Positions 12,166 to 25,688 of a stretch of 60,256 bases of DNA are shown one piece after another; the stretch's first letter is position 1; each line of letters starts with the position of its first letter. Source of the stretch: Octopus bimaculoides (Eukaryota); assembly GCF_001194135.2 (NCBI RefSeq), contig NC_068981.1, forward strand, positions 175,503,253-175,563,508, in the 5' to 3' direction. A program made the position numbers and the translations under genes. Below the pieces are notes generated by a model, which saw only the letters and a list, made by a program, of their open reading frames with translations, had not been told where the DNA came from and searched no databases.

Positions 12166-13000
12166 ATACATACATACATACATACACATCATGATGGCCG
12201 TCCACTCCTGACCGAGGAAGACTACTACTGACCTTCAGAGACGTTGTGCTCTTTTGGACTAACTTATATTCTGCATTTGCGGCTCCGTTGGTGGCTAATG
12301 AGTTCTGCTCTTGACAAGCATACATGACTGCAAACATTGCAGAACAAGCTTTCCCCATTCACTACACCAGCAGTGTGCTTTCGAGCAGCACGCTTAAGTT
12401 CTTCATGCAGAATACGTGCTCTCTCAAAAGTGTCAAACCCCTTCTTAACCTGCTACCTCCATCTGTGATGATGACGGGCATTGTCCTCCCAGTTAGTCTC
12501 CTGCATACCACAGGTCTTTAATGAGGACTCGACACAGTCCTTAAATTGCAGCCTTGGTTTCTGCCGGGGTCTCTTTCCGTTCACAAATTCTCCATATAGA
12601 ATCTGCTTATTGATCCTGCTATCCTTCATTCTAATAAGATGTTCAGTCTAACGTAACCGGTGCTTGTGCCTCATAGCCTCAATACTCAAAATATCAGCTG
12701 TCCTCAGGACCTGTGTGTCAGCAATTTTTAAGGTCCAGCCAACATTGAAAACGTGTCTGAGACATCTCTGATGGAAGCGTTCAAGGACCCTTACATGATG
12801 TTTGTAAAGGGTCCATGTCTCACATGAGTAGAGGAGCTATGTCAGTACACATGCACGGTACACAGCAATTTTTGTTTGCCTTCTGATATCATGCTGGGAC
12901 CAGACACGTGACTGAAGAGACCGGAAGGAATTAGTTGCTCCCTGCAGCCTGAAAAATATTTCCTCATCCAGGGAGCAAGAACGGCCGAGTGTGCTGCAAT
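12166..13000 (-). mobile_element. RTE (BovB-like) LINE 3' part: thumb, C-terminal zinc finger, 3' UTR and (TATG)n tail
   Basis: Minus translation STLGRSCSLDEEIFFRLQGATNSFRSLQSRVWSQHDIRRQTKIAVYRACVLT*LLYSCETWTLYKHHVRVLERFHQRCLRHV...LYGEFVNGKRPRQKPRLQFKDCVESSLK...CNVCSHVCLSRAELISHQRS; in-frame stops. Confidence 0.95.
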
Positions 13001-13029
13001 AAAGACCTATCATTGGTTCCTTAAACTTC

Positions 13030-13842
13030 ACGCCCTCATTAGATGAAGTAATGACATCAATAACTAAAATGAATTCTAGTAGGGCACCTGGAAATTATTG
13101 AATTTGTGATGAGGTCTTGCGGTGGTAGTGATTACATCATACAATCCCTTCATGAACTTATTAGTGCAGTCTGGATGGATGGTGCAATGCCTAAGGACTA
13201 GATGGATGCAATTATTCTTCCTCTATATAAAAGAACAGGAGCCAGAACAGTGTGTGGTAACTACAGAGGTATTTCTCTATTATTGGCTGCTGGCAAGGTT
13301 CTGGCAAATATTCTTCTTACTCGTCTGAATGGGTGTCTCGTAAATGATGTCCTATTTGAATCTCAATGTGGCTTCCGATCTGGTAGAGGGAAAATGGATA
13401 TGATTTTTACAGCAAGAGAGATGCAGAAGTGCTATGAGCAGAATATGGTCTTGTCCATGTAGTCATTGATTTAACGAAGGCCTTTGATATAGTAAATAGG
13501 CCTTTTCTATGGAAAATACTTCGCAATCTTGGCTGTCCGGATCACTTTGTATCTATAATTAAATCATATCATGATGGGATGGAGGTTTGGGTCAATGTTG
13601 GTAGTGGCAATGGCAGGACACATTCCTGTAGAGAATGGTGTCAAGCAGGGTGACATCCTTGCTTCAACTCTCTTTTCTTTGTGCTTTGCTGTTGCTTTTA
13701 CTCATTCTTTTGCTAATGTTAACTCTCTGGGAATATATGTCAGGTATCTATCTTCTGGCCGCCTCTTTAATCTGCGCCGATTTGCTGCCAATTTAAAAGT
13801 TCTCCAGTTTATTATTCGTGACCTCTTTCATGCAGATGACTG

Positions 13843-13843
<1 letters not shown>
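13030..13843 (+). mobile_element. RTE (BovB-like) LINE reverse transcriptase N-terminal part, inverted relative to the 3' part
   Basis: PSLDEVMTSITKMNSSRAPG...DAIILPLYKRTGARTVCGNYRGISLL...ESQCGFRSGR...IDLTKAFDIV...NGVKQGDILASTLFSL...LFHADDC; stops and frameshifts. Confidence 0.97.
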
Positions 13844-13927
<84 letters not shown>

Positions 13928-13935
13928 CATACATA
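13844..13935. repeat. (CA)n microsatellite abutting the RT ADDC codons
   Basis: Directly visible. Confidence 0.95.
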
Positions 13936-14865
13936 TATATATGAACAAATTCAAGAAAGAGTAGGACAAGCTGCTCACATTTTTCAAAAGTCGTTTGGAG
14001 GAACAGTGAATACTTCACAAATATTGCAGAGATATTTCATGAGATATTCCTGGAATGAAGATATAAACGTGATTGTATGTGCACAAAACACATACACAAA
14101 ATGAAAATAATCATACGCAAAATGAAAGCAAATAACACACACTTGTGTATTATGGTATGGTACTCTCAATGTCCCTAGTCCACCCAGCTTCACGATGTTG
14201 TTGCTACCGTTTTTTTTTGCTTTGTTTTGTGGTCATTTAGATCCAAGCCGGATCAAATTGGGCAAACATATAATCAAAAACAATCTAGCCATAGTTTCAC
14301 CATCTTATTCAAGATGGCAGTTTATCCAAGAATGTTGCAATTTGCGTTCGCTTTTTAGACTAATAAATGGGTAATTTCAACGATAAAGAACTAATGTTTG
14401 TAACGAGTAGAGTCACCTCCTAGAGCCTCATTCGTCAGTTCACTGTAAAACAAATTACCCTACTTCGCTGTTGTCCCAGACACCGTGACATTGATAATTC
14501 CATGCTTGATTTCAACTTACCTCTTTAATCTATCCAGAAGACATAGACTTTGGCTTTCTTGGTTTATTTTGTAGCCTCGACCGTTGCAATCTCCCAGAAG
14601 CTGGGGAGACTGATGCCAATCAGTCTTTTACATCTCATATTATTTTCAGGTACAGCGTATTTAGAACGATCTAAATTGAATATGTCGTTCTTCCTATTGC
14701 AAGGTGGTAGAGTGTGATCTGAAGGTGATTTGGTTGCCTGTTTCTAAGAATATTGAAAGAACAAGTGCTGGTTTCTCTGTTGGATCAGCTTCTGATGACG
14801 TGTGAAACCATGCTGATATATAGAGTGAGATAGACAAAGACAGAGACAGGATGAAGAAAAAGGAA

Positions 14866-14938
14866 CAGAAGAAGAAGAAGAAGAAGAAGAAGAAGAAGAA
14901 GAAGAAGAAGAAGAAGAAGAAGAAGAAGAAGAAGAAGA

Positions 14939-14975
<37 letters not shown>
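14866..14975. repeat. (AGA)n then (GA)n microsatellite
   Basis: Directly visible. Confidence 0.95.
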
Positions 14976-14979
<4 letters not shown>

Positions 14980-15136
14980 TAATGAAATTAATAAAGTAAA
15001 TAAATAAATAAATAACGCAGACTTCATTAATTTGTTTAAGGATTTAGCAAAGTTACTGTGACATCTTGACGGTAATAGAATTTAAGACAAGATGCCAAGA
15101 GATGGTATACGTACACACACACACGAGAATATGTGT

Positions 15137-15177
<41 letters not shown>

Positions 15178-16001
15178 TGCGTGTGTGTGCGTGTGTGTGT
15201 GTACGGGTTTGAGTGTATATGCTAGTTCACACGCCTGTTGGTTTGTATTGTGGTTTTGAGATTTACAACACTAACCAGAGTTTCGCATTTCGCATCTGAT
15301 CTCATATTTATACATATACACGAATACATACGCTCACAAGCACTTCCACACGCAAACACAGACACACGCACACACTCACACACACATATATATATATAAA
15401 CACAAACAGATATATAATCATAAATCATACATACACACATGTACACATACATACATAGACGCATACGCACATACCCACACACATGCACATACGCACAAAC
15501 ACACATATACAAAAATGGAGTATGTAAATATTTTCACGTCCACGCATTGTTTGGTTCTCCATAAAACTTATTAACCAACTTCGAGGACGATAGGTGGACG
15601 TATGGATAGATCTTAGAAAAGGAAAGAAAATATTCTACACTCGTATTCACACTCACATAGCATATATAATTTTATGCATGCATGTATGCATGTATATATG
15701 TATGTTTGTTTGTTTGTTTGTTTGTTTGTTTGTTTGTTTGTACTACGTATGTATGTGTAATCCTAAAATTTATACGCTCTTCTGTATATTAATGACTATT
15801 AGCTATAATCATATTGCAAGATTCGATTCACCATAAAACTGATCTAGTGGGAGGGATTCTGAAGCCTATTGCATTCTTTGAGTTAATCGACAGCAGGCAA
15901 GCATTCAAAAAATATCGTACATACATAACCAAGTTGTCTATATATGTGTGTGTGTGTGTGTGTGCGTGTGTGTACTTAGAGAGAAAGATACATGTATACA
16001 G

Positions 16002-16060
<59 letters not shown>

Positions 16061-17603
16061 TATTCGTCTTGTCTTCACTAGTATCAGTTCATTCTAGCTT
16101 ACTACTCCTGTAGTTTCCTATTTATTTATGTATCTCTTTCTATCTAACTTTTTAAACGTTTACTTTTTCCTCTTTTCGTTATGGAGCCATCTCCTCTTTC
16201 TTGCACTCTTTTACCTAGCAAAGTTTGGTCTCCGTATTTTCTCGGTATCTCTCTCTTTCCCTCTGTCTTTCTCCTTCTCACTCTTCCTCTTTCACGCAAA
16301 CACACACACACACGCACAAACACATTCTATCTATTACTTTCTATCTATTACTTTCTATCTTTCTCTGTAATTCAACAACTTACGCTTTCAGATGAGGATA
16401 TGAAACTCATACTACAGACTTACATATATAACCACATATATTGATATATATACACCAACATACATTAATATATATATATATGTATGTGTGTATGTGTGTG
16501 TATGTGTGTGTGTACGTATGGATGTAGAGAGAGAGATACATACAGACAGACAGACATACAAGCACATACACGCACGTTCGTGCTCGCAAACGCACATGGA
16601 CACAAACGCGCACACATATATAAACATACACATATACTCATATATATTCCCAGATGAAAGATGGGTATTTGAAATATACCTTGGATCTTCCAGAAAAGTC
16701 TTCAGTGGACATTTTTAGAAGTTAAGGAAAAAACTACGGCTAGCATTTTACATTAATATTAATTGTAACCTGTGCTCATCTTTTCCTTGATCGTAAATGA
16801 TTCAACTCAAATGAAAATGGTTCATGTCGGAATCAAATCAAGGCGCCGGAAATATATCCAATATATTTCCTGTTTGAAACTAATTGACTATAAAAAAAAA
16901 AATAATAGAATCATCGCAATGTAGAAAGAAGCCTAGAAACTGTTTGAAAACATTCTTGGTGCTGATGAAAATAAATATGCTTTCGTAACGTAACAAATTT
17001 GTAAGGAGATAGTGACTTGTATATGGTACAATTATAAAACGCAGATTCATCAGTCGCAGACGACCGATGAGAGATTAGCAATTCCTTGCTAAATAACTAA
17101 CGCTGGTGATGGTTTTATAGTGGTCAAATGCTTGTGTGGTTCATTAGCTCACTTTCTCCATCAAATCGACATTACCTGCACTGGAGTACGAAATGCTACA
17201 TGTCAGATGTCGAAGTGACCGCAATTATAAACAGTAACTAGTATGTGGTACAATTAAGTAGATATATGACTCCATCAGATCTATCATTTGCGAAACAACT
17301 ACTCCTTTTATAGGACTTCGTATAGAAAACAGTGCGAAATTAATACATGACTACTACCGACTGCAAGAAATATTACATTGTATACAGCATAAAGTTTCTT
17401 GATGAGAGCTATGCAAAGCTATATTTATAATTTCTCAGCATGTGAAGGATAAATATTTTAGGTCGTTCAGTAACTTCATTATGGATATCATACGAATGCG
17501 TGCAATAAAAAGTTACCAAGTATGAATCTACAGTTAACAATATCTCAGAGCTAAACAACTTCACGGTTATATCACTTCTGTAATTACGTAGTATACTATT
17601 TAT

Positions 17604-17820
17604 AAGGCAGGAAACTGACAGAATCGTTGCTGTGCCGGACAAAATGCGAAGCGGCATTTCTTCCGACTTTATGTCCTTAAGTCAAATACCGCTGAGGTCG
17701 ATTTTGCCTTGCATCCTTCGGGGTCGATAAATAAGTACGAGTTGAGCAATGGGGTCAATGTAATTGATTAAACCCCTACTTTGAAATTGCTGGCCTTGTG
17801 CCAAAATTTGAAATTATTAT
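17604..17820 (+). mobile_element. SINE family A, diverged (first of tandem pair)
   Basis: Head, core TTGCCTTGCATCCTTCGGGGTCGATAAATAAGTAC and tail GGCCTTGTGCCAAAATTTGAAA. Confidence 0.85.
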
Positions 17821-17834
17821 TAGTGTACTGTTTC

Positions 17835-18045
17835 AAGGCGGTGAGCTAGCAGAATCGTTACTGTACCGGATAAAATGCTTCTCGGCATTTTTTCTGGCTT
17901 AACGTTCTGAGTTCACATGACGACGAAGCTGACTTTGCTTTTCATCCTTTCGATAAAATAAGAACCAGTCAAGCTCTGAGATCGATGATATCGATTTCCT
18001 CCTTACCCCGAAATTACTGGGTTTGTGCCAAAATTTGAAACCAAT
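17835..18045 (+). mobile_element. SINE family A, diverged (second of tandem pair)
   Basis: AAGGCGGTGAGCTAGCAGAATCGTTA head; tail TTTGTGCCAAAATTTGAAACC. Confidence 0.85.
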
Positions 18046-18639
18046 TTTAGTACATCATTCTACTTTCAGAAAACAAGCTAAAAATTGCAGCCAATTCTTC
18101 TTCAATTTGTACCGAACTATCTTAGCATAAAAAAAAAAAAAAAAAAAAAAAGGAGAAAGGCTGCCTTAAATGATGTAGCCTTCAAAACATCGTACTGGAA
18201 GAAAAGACGCGGTTCGCACATATAATTTTGGCCTAGAGTTACAGTAACAATATCAACATTCACATTATTGATGCAGCTAAAATTCTTTTACAATGATGTA
18301 TGTTAAACTGATTTACTAGTTGTAACTGTTCAGCTATTATACACTGTATAAAGTTAAATTACAAATAAAAGAGAAAATAATAATTTACGGAATCTTTATG
18401 GCCTCAAATATCCGATTAACTATGGTAGTAACATTATTGGGAATATGTCCAACCTATAATAAATAGAATTCGATTATATGTAGATATCTAATCGCGAACA
18501 TAAATATATATAAACACATTAATATATAGCTGTCATACTATTTATAGTATGGAAAACACAAGTGAGAGGCAGACAGCCAATCTTATCAAATAAAATTTTA
18601 CACAAGAATGAAATACCGATATCGAAGACGATTTAAAAC

Positions 18640-18790
18640 AGCGGAGGGAGAGGGCTGGATGAAATGTCCATCGTTATCCATTGCCATCGAAACAAATATT
18701 ACTGCAAAGTACAGGATGTGAGACAATTGGGAAGTGCGAGAAAATATGAGAGCGCAAAGAAAACTTGAAATATACAAAATCATATGTATG
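18640..18790 (-). mobile_element. Possible CR1/L2-group LINE 3'-end fragment
   Basis: ORF 18598-18783 contains LIFSRTSQLSHIL, like 'FFPRTSQLWNIL'. Confidence 0.3.
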
Positions 18791-19018
18791 ATCGTGCCTT
18801 AAGGAAGTTTGGATTGCAACCAGTTGCTTCTGTGTTCGATCTGCATGAAGCATAGACGCCCCCCCCCACTATCCTGGTGAGTGTCATATGACTTCGGAAA
18901 ATGGTTACAAGGAAACTGCAACCTTTACTCCTATGAATAAATACACAAGAATATTTATCTGTCTATTTGTTTATCCACCCATCCATCCATCTATCTATCT
19001 ATCTATCTATCTATCTAC

Positions 19019-19065
<47 letters not shown>

Positions 19066-19628
19066 ACAGCCTCTCTGTCTCTCTAGCAATCCATTTGACC
19101 ATCTGCCTATCTATCTAACTATCTGTTTGAATGCCTGTATATCAGTCTGTCAGTTTGTCGGTCTGTCAGTCAGACTGTTTGTCTCTCCGTCTGTCAATCT
19201 GTCTGTATGTATGTGTGCATGCATGAATGTACGCGCACATTCTTTTCTGTTTTAATTATTTGTAATCTTCCTGTAAGAAAGTAGCTGGATTCTAACAAAG
19301 ATACAAAACTCCATCCTTTGAGTATAGGTAACAAACACAAATCCAGATTTGAACTGGAGAAAAGTCTTGCATATTTGCACTGTTCCACTTACAGATTGTA
19401 TTTGCAATGTGCGAATGCACTGGTTGATTTCTTTTCTGAAGAAATCAGCTTATCCAGATTGTCATTTAGTGGTGTATGTGTGTCTGATGTATGTCATTTG
19501 CATGTATGTATATGCATGCACGTATTAAATATTATGCATGCACGTATGTAATTATTTGTATATGTGAATGTATGTATGTTCATGTGTATTTTAGATATAT
19601 AAATATTGCTGGATATCCTTTTTCTCTT

Positions 19629-19830
19629 GGGCGCGAGTTGGCAGAATCATTAGCGCGCCGGGCGAAATGCTTAGCGGTATTTCGTCTGAGTTCAAATTCC
19701 ACCGAGGTCGACTTTGCCTTTCATCCTTTCATGGGGTCGATGAAATAAGTACCAGTTACGCACTGGGGTCGATTAAATCGACTCAAGCCCTCCCCCAAAT
19801 TTCAAGCTTTGTACCTATAGTAGAAAAGAT
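19629..19830 (+). mobile_element. SINE family A, tail type 1
   Basis: Near-consensus core TTGCCTTTCATCCTTTCATGGGGTCGATGAAATAAGTACCAGTTACGCACTGGGGTCGAT; short internal deletion. Confidence 0.93.
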
Positions 19831-20230
19831 ATACGTTTTCTCTGCCAGATAATCCTGTGCTTTCTTTAAAACCTATGGAACTTACAAAGAAATAACAAAG
19901 GATGCATTAACAATGAGATGAGCACCCCCACACACACAGAACGTGAGAGGAGGAGAGGGAGGAGGAGATTGATGGATGGATAAAAAGAGAGATAAGTAGA
20001 TAGACAGATAATAGACAGAAGATGAAAATGAGAAAGGAAGAAAACACAAAGTTACTCTTTACATGTATGCACAATACATAATGCATAACAGCATACATAT
20101 TCATGGTTACAAAATAGAATACACGTAGACTTGCTTGGGTGCATTCACATATATAAACATTTGTACACATACATAGAAATATAAATAAACTTATGCATAT
20201 GTACATACGTGTGTGTGTAAATATATATGC

Positions 20231-20267
<37 letters not shown>

Positions 20268-21014
20268 TATATGTATATATGTATTTGTATATATTATGCA
20301 TATATGTATATGTTTATACGTATATATGTATATATACTATATATATATATACGTATGTGCGTCTGCCTTTTACGTGTATTCATGTATTATTCAGCCAATA
20401 ACATAACATGCACTGGCTAATACAAACGCTCTAAACTCCGCAGTTTCTTTTAACATCAATGCAAAAACATGATAACAATAAATTACGAAGATGTATTACA
20501 TGGCGTGGCCATGTTGTAATATATACAACGTCTTGTACATCATATACATACATCCATCTATACTACCTTCAGACTTTTACTTCAATAGTTACGTGTAGCA
20601 TGGATGGTTAGCGTCTGTGTATGTGTATATGTGTGTGGGTGTATAACAATAAATCAGTTATAAATTCTAGTGGGAACTAAATGCAGCTCAAGGGATTTCA
20701 ATAAATCTTTCTTCAAATGAGATATTATTTAAAGTCATTAGAAACTGAAGATGATGTTCCAATGTTTAGAGTTTCAACTAATCTCATTGGGGTAATTCGT
20801 ATGCTGTGAAAACTACTTCCAGACTAAACTAAAAGCAGATTGTCTACATATGCTTTAAGTTTACAACTATTGTTTATTCTTTTTTATACTCACAAAAATA
20901 TGAATACATTATATACACACACACAAACACACACACTCATATGTAAATACACACACACATATATATATAAATACATATACATATATATATAAATACATAT
21001 ATATATGTATGAAT

Positions 21015-21152
<138 letters not shown>

Positions 21153-21929
21153 AAATACACACATACACTCACATGTTTGAATGTATGTATACGTATGCTT
21201 ATACATGCATACCCGCATATCTAGATGTGTTTATTTATGTATGAAATAAACAGGATTACACTCTGGTATTGCGGTTCCTTTAAATGTCGTTTCTACGGTC
21301 AATCGTAGTTTTCAACGTGCTAGGAAACAAAAGAAATATGGGAAACAGACATTGCAAGCATCGAAAACAATGTTTTATTGAACAAACATGATTGTGTTTT
21401 GGGAGCACAAATTGAATGAGATTGCGCGTTTATTACACATAAAAAATACCTAACACGTTTTCTGCGGTTTTTCTTTTATTATTGTACCTACATGAAGTGA
21501 CTCGACGAACTCCGTACACTCACATATCTTTCCACATAACAACTGGATTGAAGCCACATTGAATATAATTGTTCAGAGTAGTACTGGTTACTCGACTCAA
21601 GTTAACTAGTAACGAATCGTGCATTCCAGCAGACCGGTAATTATATGTAGGTGCATATATAGATTAAATTCTACGTTATTTTGAAAGATTTTTTTTTGCA
21701 TTTTGCTTTAATACAGACGATAGTAATTTATTTATCATTAAATATAATAATGTAAATTATTTACATGTTTTTAAGTTACGAAACAATTTGTCGTGATATT
21801 TGAATTTTCTCATCGTTAAATAAAATTTCAGTAAACTATTTCTGTCATTTATGACATACATACATACATACATACATACTTACATACATACGTGTGGTAT
21901 ATGTGTGTGTGTGTGGGGGGGGTGCTCTG

Positions 21930-22330
21930 TCAAGCCACACTTCGTGGTAATATGTATCCCAGTGCAACCTGTCGCATGGTCGCGCTGTCGCCGACTAAAC
22001 AGGTAATCCTGCGAAGCATGCTTGATAAGGTGTGTGGTTTTTGTTGGACACCCTGCAGGACGAAATACAAAACTTGTGAAAGGGCAGATAATCTGAAGTA
22101 TAACCAACAACGATTCAACAGCTGGGAATGAGAGACTACCTACTCTTTGTTCGGACACCTCGTTTGGACAACAAATTCCCCAAAAGCATCTGCCTCATTG
22201 CGATGCCGGAGATCGAGATCTTGATTGTTTCTAGAGTACTTGACTTCGTAGGAGTCTCAGATGTGCTCTGCAAGCTGTTGCTGACACAAAATTTTACCAC
22301 GGCTTTTGTCTTTAACATCAAGGATAAGAT
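21930..22330 (-). mobile_element. Possible very old mariner N-terminal remnant
   Basis: KAVVKFCVSNSLQSTSET (cf. QRAVIKFCVKLGKSATET) and MRQVALGYILPRS (cf. MRKVAARWVPR) in the correct order; weak. Confidence 0.3.
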
Positions 22331-22519
22331 AATTTGCTAGTGACAGTTATACCCGCTTATGAGTTGACAGCCATCGTGTGAGTGTGTGTGTGAGTGGGTG
22401 CGTGGATGTGCGCGCGTGCGCCCGTGTGTATTTGAAAAAGCTCAGTTATTCATGGTAAAAGCATTAAAGTTTACTATAAGCAATCAGTGAAGTTCTTTTC
22501 ATGTCATAGCGAAATATTT

Positions 22520-22737
22520 AAGGTGGCGAGCAGGCAGAATCGTTACTACACCTGGATAAAATGCTTAGCGGTATTTTGTCCGTCCTTACGTTCTGAGATA
22601 AAATCCAGCGATGTTGGCTTTGCCTTTTATCCTTTCGAAATCGATAAAATAAGTACCAGTTCAGTGCTGGGGTTGATGTAACTGATATAGCCCCTTCTCC
22701 GAATTTGCTGGGCATGAGTCGAAAATATGAAAGCAAT
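22520..22737 (+). mobile_element. SINE family A, diverged
   Basis: Head AAGGTGGCGAGCAGGCAGAATCGTTA; core TTTGCCTTTTATCCTTTCGAAATCGATAAAATAAGTACCAG. Confidence 0.88.
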
Positions 22738-22878
22738 GTTATAGCATAATCTGATTGCTTGATATATATGTACGGACTAAAACAGAATATTATTAAAAGC
22801 AGCCAAGAATTAAAACATTACAGTTGGTGACATTTTGAGTGGAAGCGACACACACACACACACAAACATATATACACG

Positions 22879-22937
<59 letters not shown>

Positions 22938-22938
<1 letters not shown>

Positions 22939-23093
22939 CGACGGGCTTCTTTCAGTTTCCGTCTACCAAATCCACTCACAACGCTTTGGTCGGCCCGAGG
23001 CTATAGTAGAAGACACTTGCCCAAGGTGCCGCGCAGTGGGATTAACCACGCGGTTAGTAAGCAGACTACTTAACACACAGTCACTCCTGTACC
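22938..23093 (-). mobile_element. SINE family B 5' half followed by (TA)n(CA)n
   Basis: CGACGGGCTTCTTTCAGTTTCCGTCTACCAAATCCACTCAC...GACACTTGCCCAAGGTGCC matches the other copies. Confidence 0.92.
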
Positions 23094-23182
23094 TATGTAG
23101 TAATGTATTTCTAGTGATGAGTACTGTATTTTCTTCCTCTTGTTTACAAGTAAATGTTTGTATTCTTTCTGTCTGTCTGTCC

Positions 23183-23248
<66 letters not shown>

Positions 23249-23424
23249 CAAGCATGCGCATACGAACACGCATAAACATGATGTGTATCTGCTAAAAGAA
23301 ACAAAATCAGTGCATCGTACAAAATACCATGTAGATTTTACTTATAATTTTCTTTTACGTTCTGTGGTTTAAATTATTTATTTATAACATAAACACAGGT
23401 CTTCAAATATGGAACGAAATCTAT

Positions 23425-23525
23425 AGCCATTTACATCGACTGCCAGTAATTTACTGGTGTGTTATTTAGCTTGGAAGTATTAAAGGAAAAATTGACATAG
23501 AAGTATTAAAGGAAAGATTGGCGTA
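23425..23525 (-). mobile_element. Decayed SINE family A core fragment with internal duplication of GAAGTATTAAAGGAAA
   Basis: TACATCGACTGCCAGTAATTTACTGGTG resembles the reverse complement of the core. Confidence 0.5.
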
Positions 23526-23531
23526 AATTTA

Positions 23532-24915
23532 AGAGGTGTATTCCAAAAAGTTTGAGTCATTGTTAATAACTATCATAGATTAATTTAATTATAGTATTTC
23601 ATTCCAATACTTCTACTAAACTGACATGTCAACTTTGAACACATCCTACTAAACATTGCTTACTACAGTTCAGTGCTTCGCAACTGGGATGCCGCGGCAC
23701 ACTGGTGGGCCACGGGACGATGCTTTTAGTTATATTTTTAATTCAGGTGTGCCACCGAATTTTGTAAAGAGTATGTGTATCTCAAGTGAGAAAAGGTTGC
23801 GGGACACTGCTGCAGCTGACTAGCTGGCACAATGCAGACGGGATGTTACGACAATTTGGAAACTCGCTATGTATTAAAAGTTGTGTGTTAAACTGCACCA
23901 CAACGCTACAGAAGCTTATGAATTGCTGGAAACTGCTTATCGATTAAATTGCATGAGCCGAGCCTTTATCTTTAGCTGGCGCAAGAGGTTTAAAGACGGT
24001 AGAGATAATGTGAATGACGATGAGAAATCTGGAAGAAGGACATCAGAGTTGCTTAGGAAAATATGCAACTTCCTGGATGAATTCATCCATGTGTCTATAA
24101 AGACAAGGGCATACAGTTTGTAGTTGGTGTGACAACTGCACACATAATTATTCGTGACGATCAAAACGTGCAAAATTTGTGGCAGGTTTATTTACAGGGT
24201 GCTCAGTGACAAAGAGAAGGAAAGACGCATCAATGAAAGCAGGAAGATGGTTGAGCTCATTACCACCAATCCAAGAGTAATTGAGTCCTTGGTGACGTGT
24301 GACGAAAGCTGGATCTACTATTATGATCCTGATACCAAAACACAGAGTTCTCAATGGAAGCATCCTAGCTCACCCAAACCCAAGAAGGCCAGGTAAATTA
24401 AGTCCACCGGAAAGCTCATGATGGCCCATTCTGCAATAGCAATCTACATCTACAGGGTTCTCTCTGGTCAGACAGGCAACAAAGAGTACTTTGTGAATGC
24501 CTTGAGGGAGTTCAGGAAGGGATTTCGCCGCAAAAGCTCGGGTCTGTGGCACCTGGGACAGGACAAAATACCAGTTCACAATTCCATCCTGGTAACTAGT
24601 TACTTGACAGAGATGAACATCAAGAATGTCCCTTACCCTCCCTACAATCCAGACCTTGCTTCTTATGACTTTTGATTATTCCCCAAGCTGAAGAAGCTCG
24701 GGTCCGTCGTTTTGAAGACATTAAGGTAAAGCAGACTGTGACAAGGGGTCTGAACACCTTCACCTTGGAGGACTTTCATTGGGCCTTCACAAAGTAACTG
24801 GAGGTGATATAACAAGTGCACTAAAGTCAGAGAATACTAGTTTGACAGTGATTAGAGTTTTTGTACTTCTTTGAAATAAATAAATGACTATCCTGAAAAA
24901 GTCTCAAAACTTCCC
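23532..24915 (+). mobile_element. Mariner DNA transposon, transposase pseudogene (about 23870-24830)
   Basis: CVKLHHNATEAYELL...WRKRFKDGRDNVNDDEKSGR; SLVTCDESWIYYYDPDTKTQSSQWKHPSSPKPKKAR; WHLGQDKIPVHNS...PYPPYNPDLASYDF. TIR remnants AAAAAGTTTGAGTC and GTCTCAAAACTT are degenerate. Confidence 0.95.
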
Positions 24916-24940
24916 GCATTCAAATTTTAGAGTGTCATAG

Positions 24941-25145
24941 AAGGCAGCAATATGACAGATTCGTTAACACATCGGACTAAATGCTTTGCGGCAATTCTTC
25001 TGCTTATGTTCTGAGTTTACATTTCATCGCAGTCGATTTTTACCTTTTAACATTCAGAAAACAAGTACCAGTTGAATACTGGGGTGTAATCGACTTCTCT
25101 ACCCACCTTCAAAATTACTGGCCTTGCGCCAAAATTAGAAAGAAT
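24941..25145 (+). mobile_element. SINE family A, strongly diverged
   Basis: AAGTACCAGTTGAATACTGGGGTGTAATCGACT and tail GGCCTTGCGCCAAAATTAGAAAG. Confidence 0.8.
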
Positions 25146-25688
25146 TTATAGTGTAGTTATTATTTTTCTTCCCCCGCACTCTCTCTCTCCCCTTCACTCT
25201 CTCTCTCTCTCTCTCGCTATCTCTTTCTCTCCTTAACATATGAATGATGTATATGGACAAACTACACCAACTTGTCGCGTAAGAAACATTAACTGAACTG
25301 AACTGAAACGCCAGTGCTTAACTTACAGCATCAATTCTCTTACGGAGGTCTCACTGAGGATAAACTGCATCTCGACACTAATCGATAGGTGTAGTTCTTA
25401 ATTATGCTAGACTAAAATTATGAACTTATGAATAAAACTGACTTATATGCCAATGGCAAATTAGTTTCTGAGTATAATTTAACTAACATGCTTTTATGTT
25501 AATTTGCATATAATTTCTTCTCTGAACATTAATATATATGAAGTGTCAAGTTGAAAATATAATCAAGTTTCAAATGATTACTTTTAGGAATTAAACAAGA
25601 AATTCGTGACGCTAAAATCAATCATATTTTTCCATTTACACTTTAGGGATTCCTATCTCAGTTAACATATAAGATATGTATCTAATTA

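Noticed and set aside
13950-14040. EQIQERVGQAAHIF as continuation of the RTE RT beyond the (CA)n
   Set aside because: Only vague likeness to 'EI..RI.KA...F'; the equivalent region is already present on the minus-strand piece; no further motifs follow.
14225-14760. Possible decayed interspersed repeat related to 56400-56640
   Set aside because: Similarity too patchy to align by eye.
17046-17095. Two adjacent hairpins with CCGATGA/CTGATGA as a second hammerhead
   Set aside because: No GAAA after the putative helix II on either strand and no helix III.
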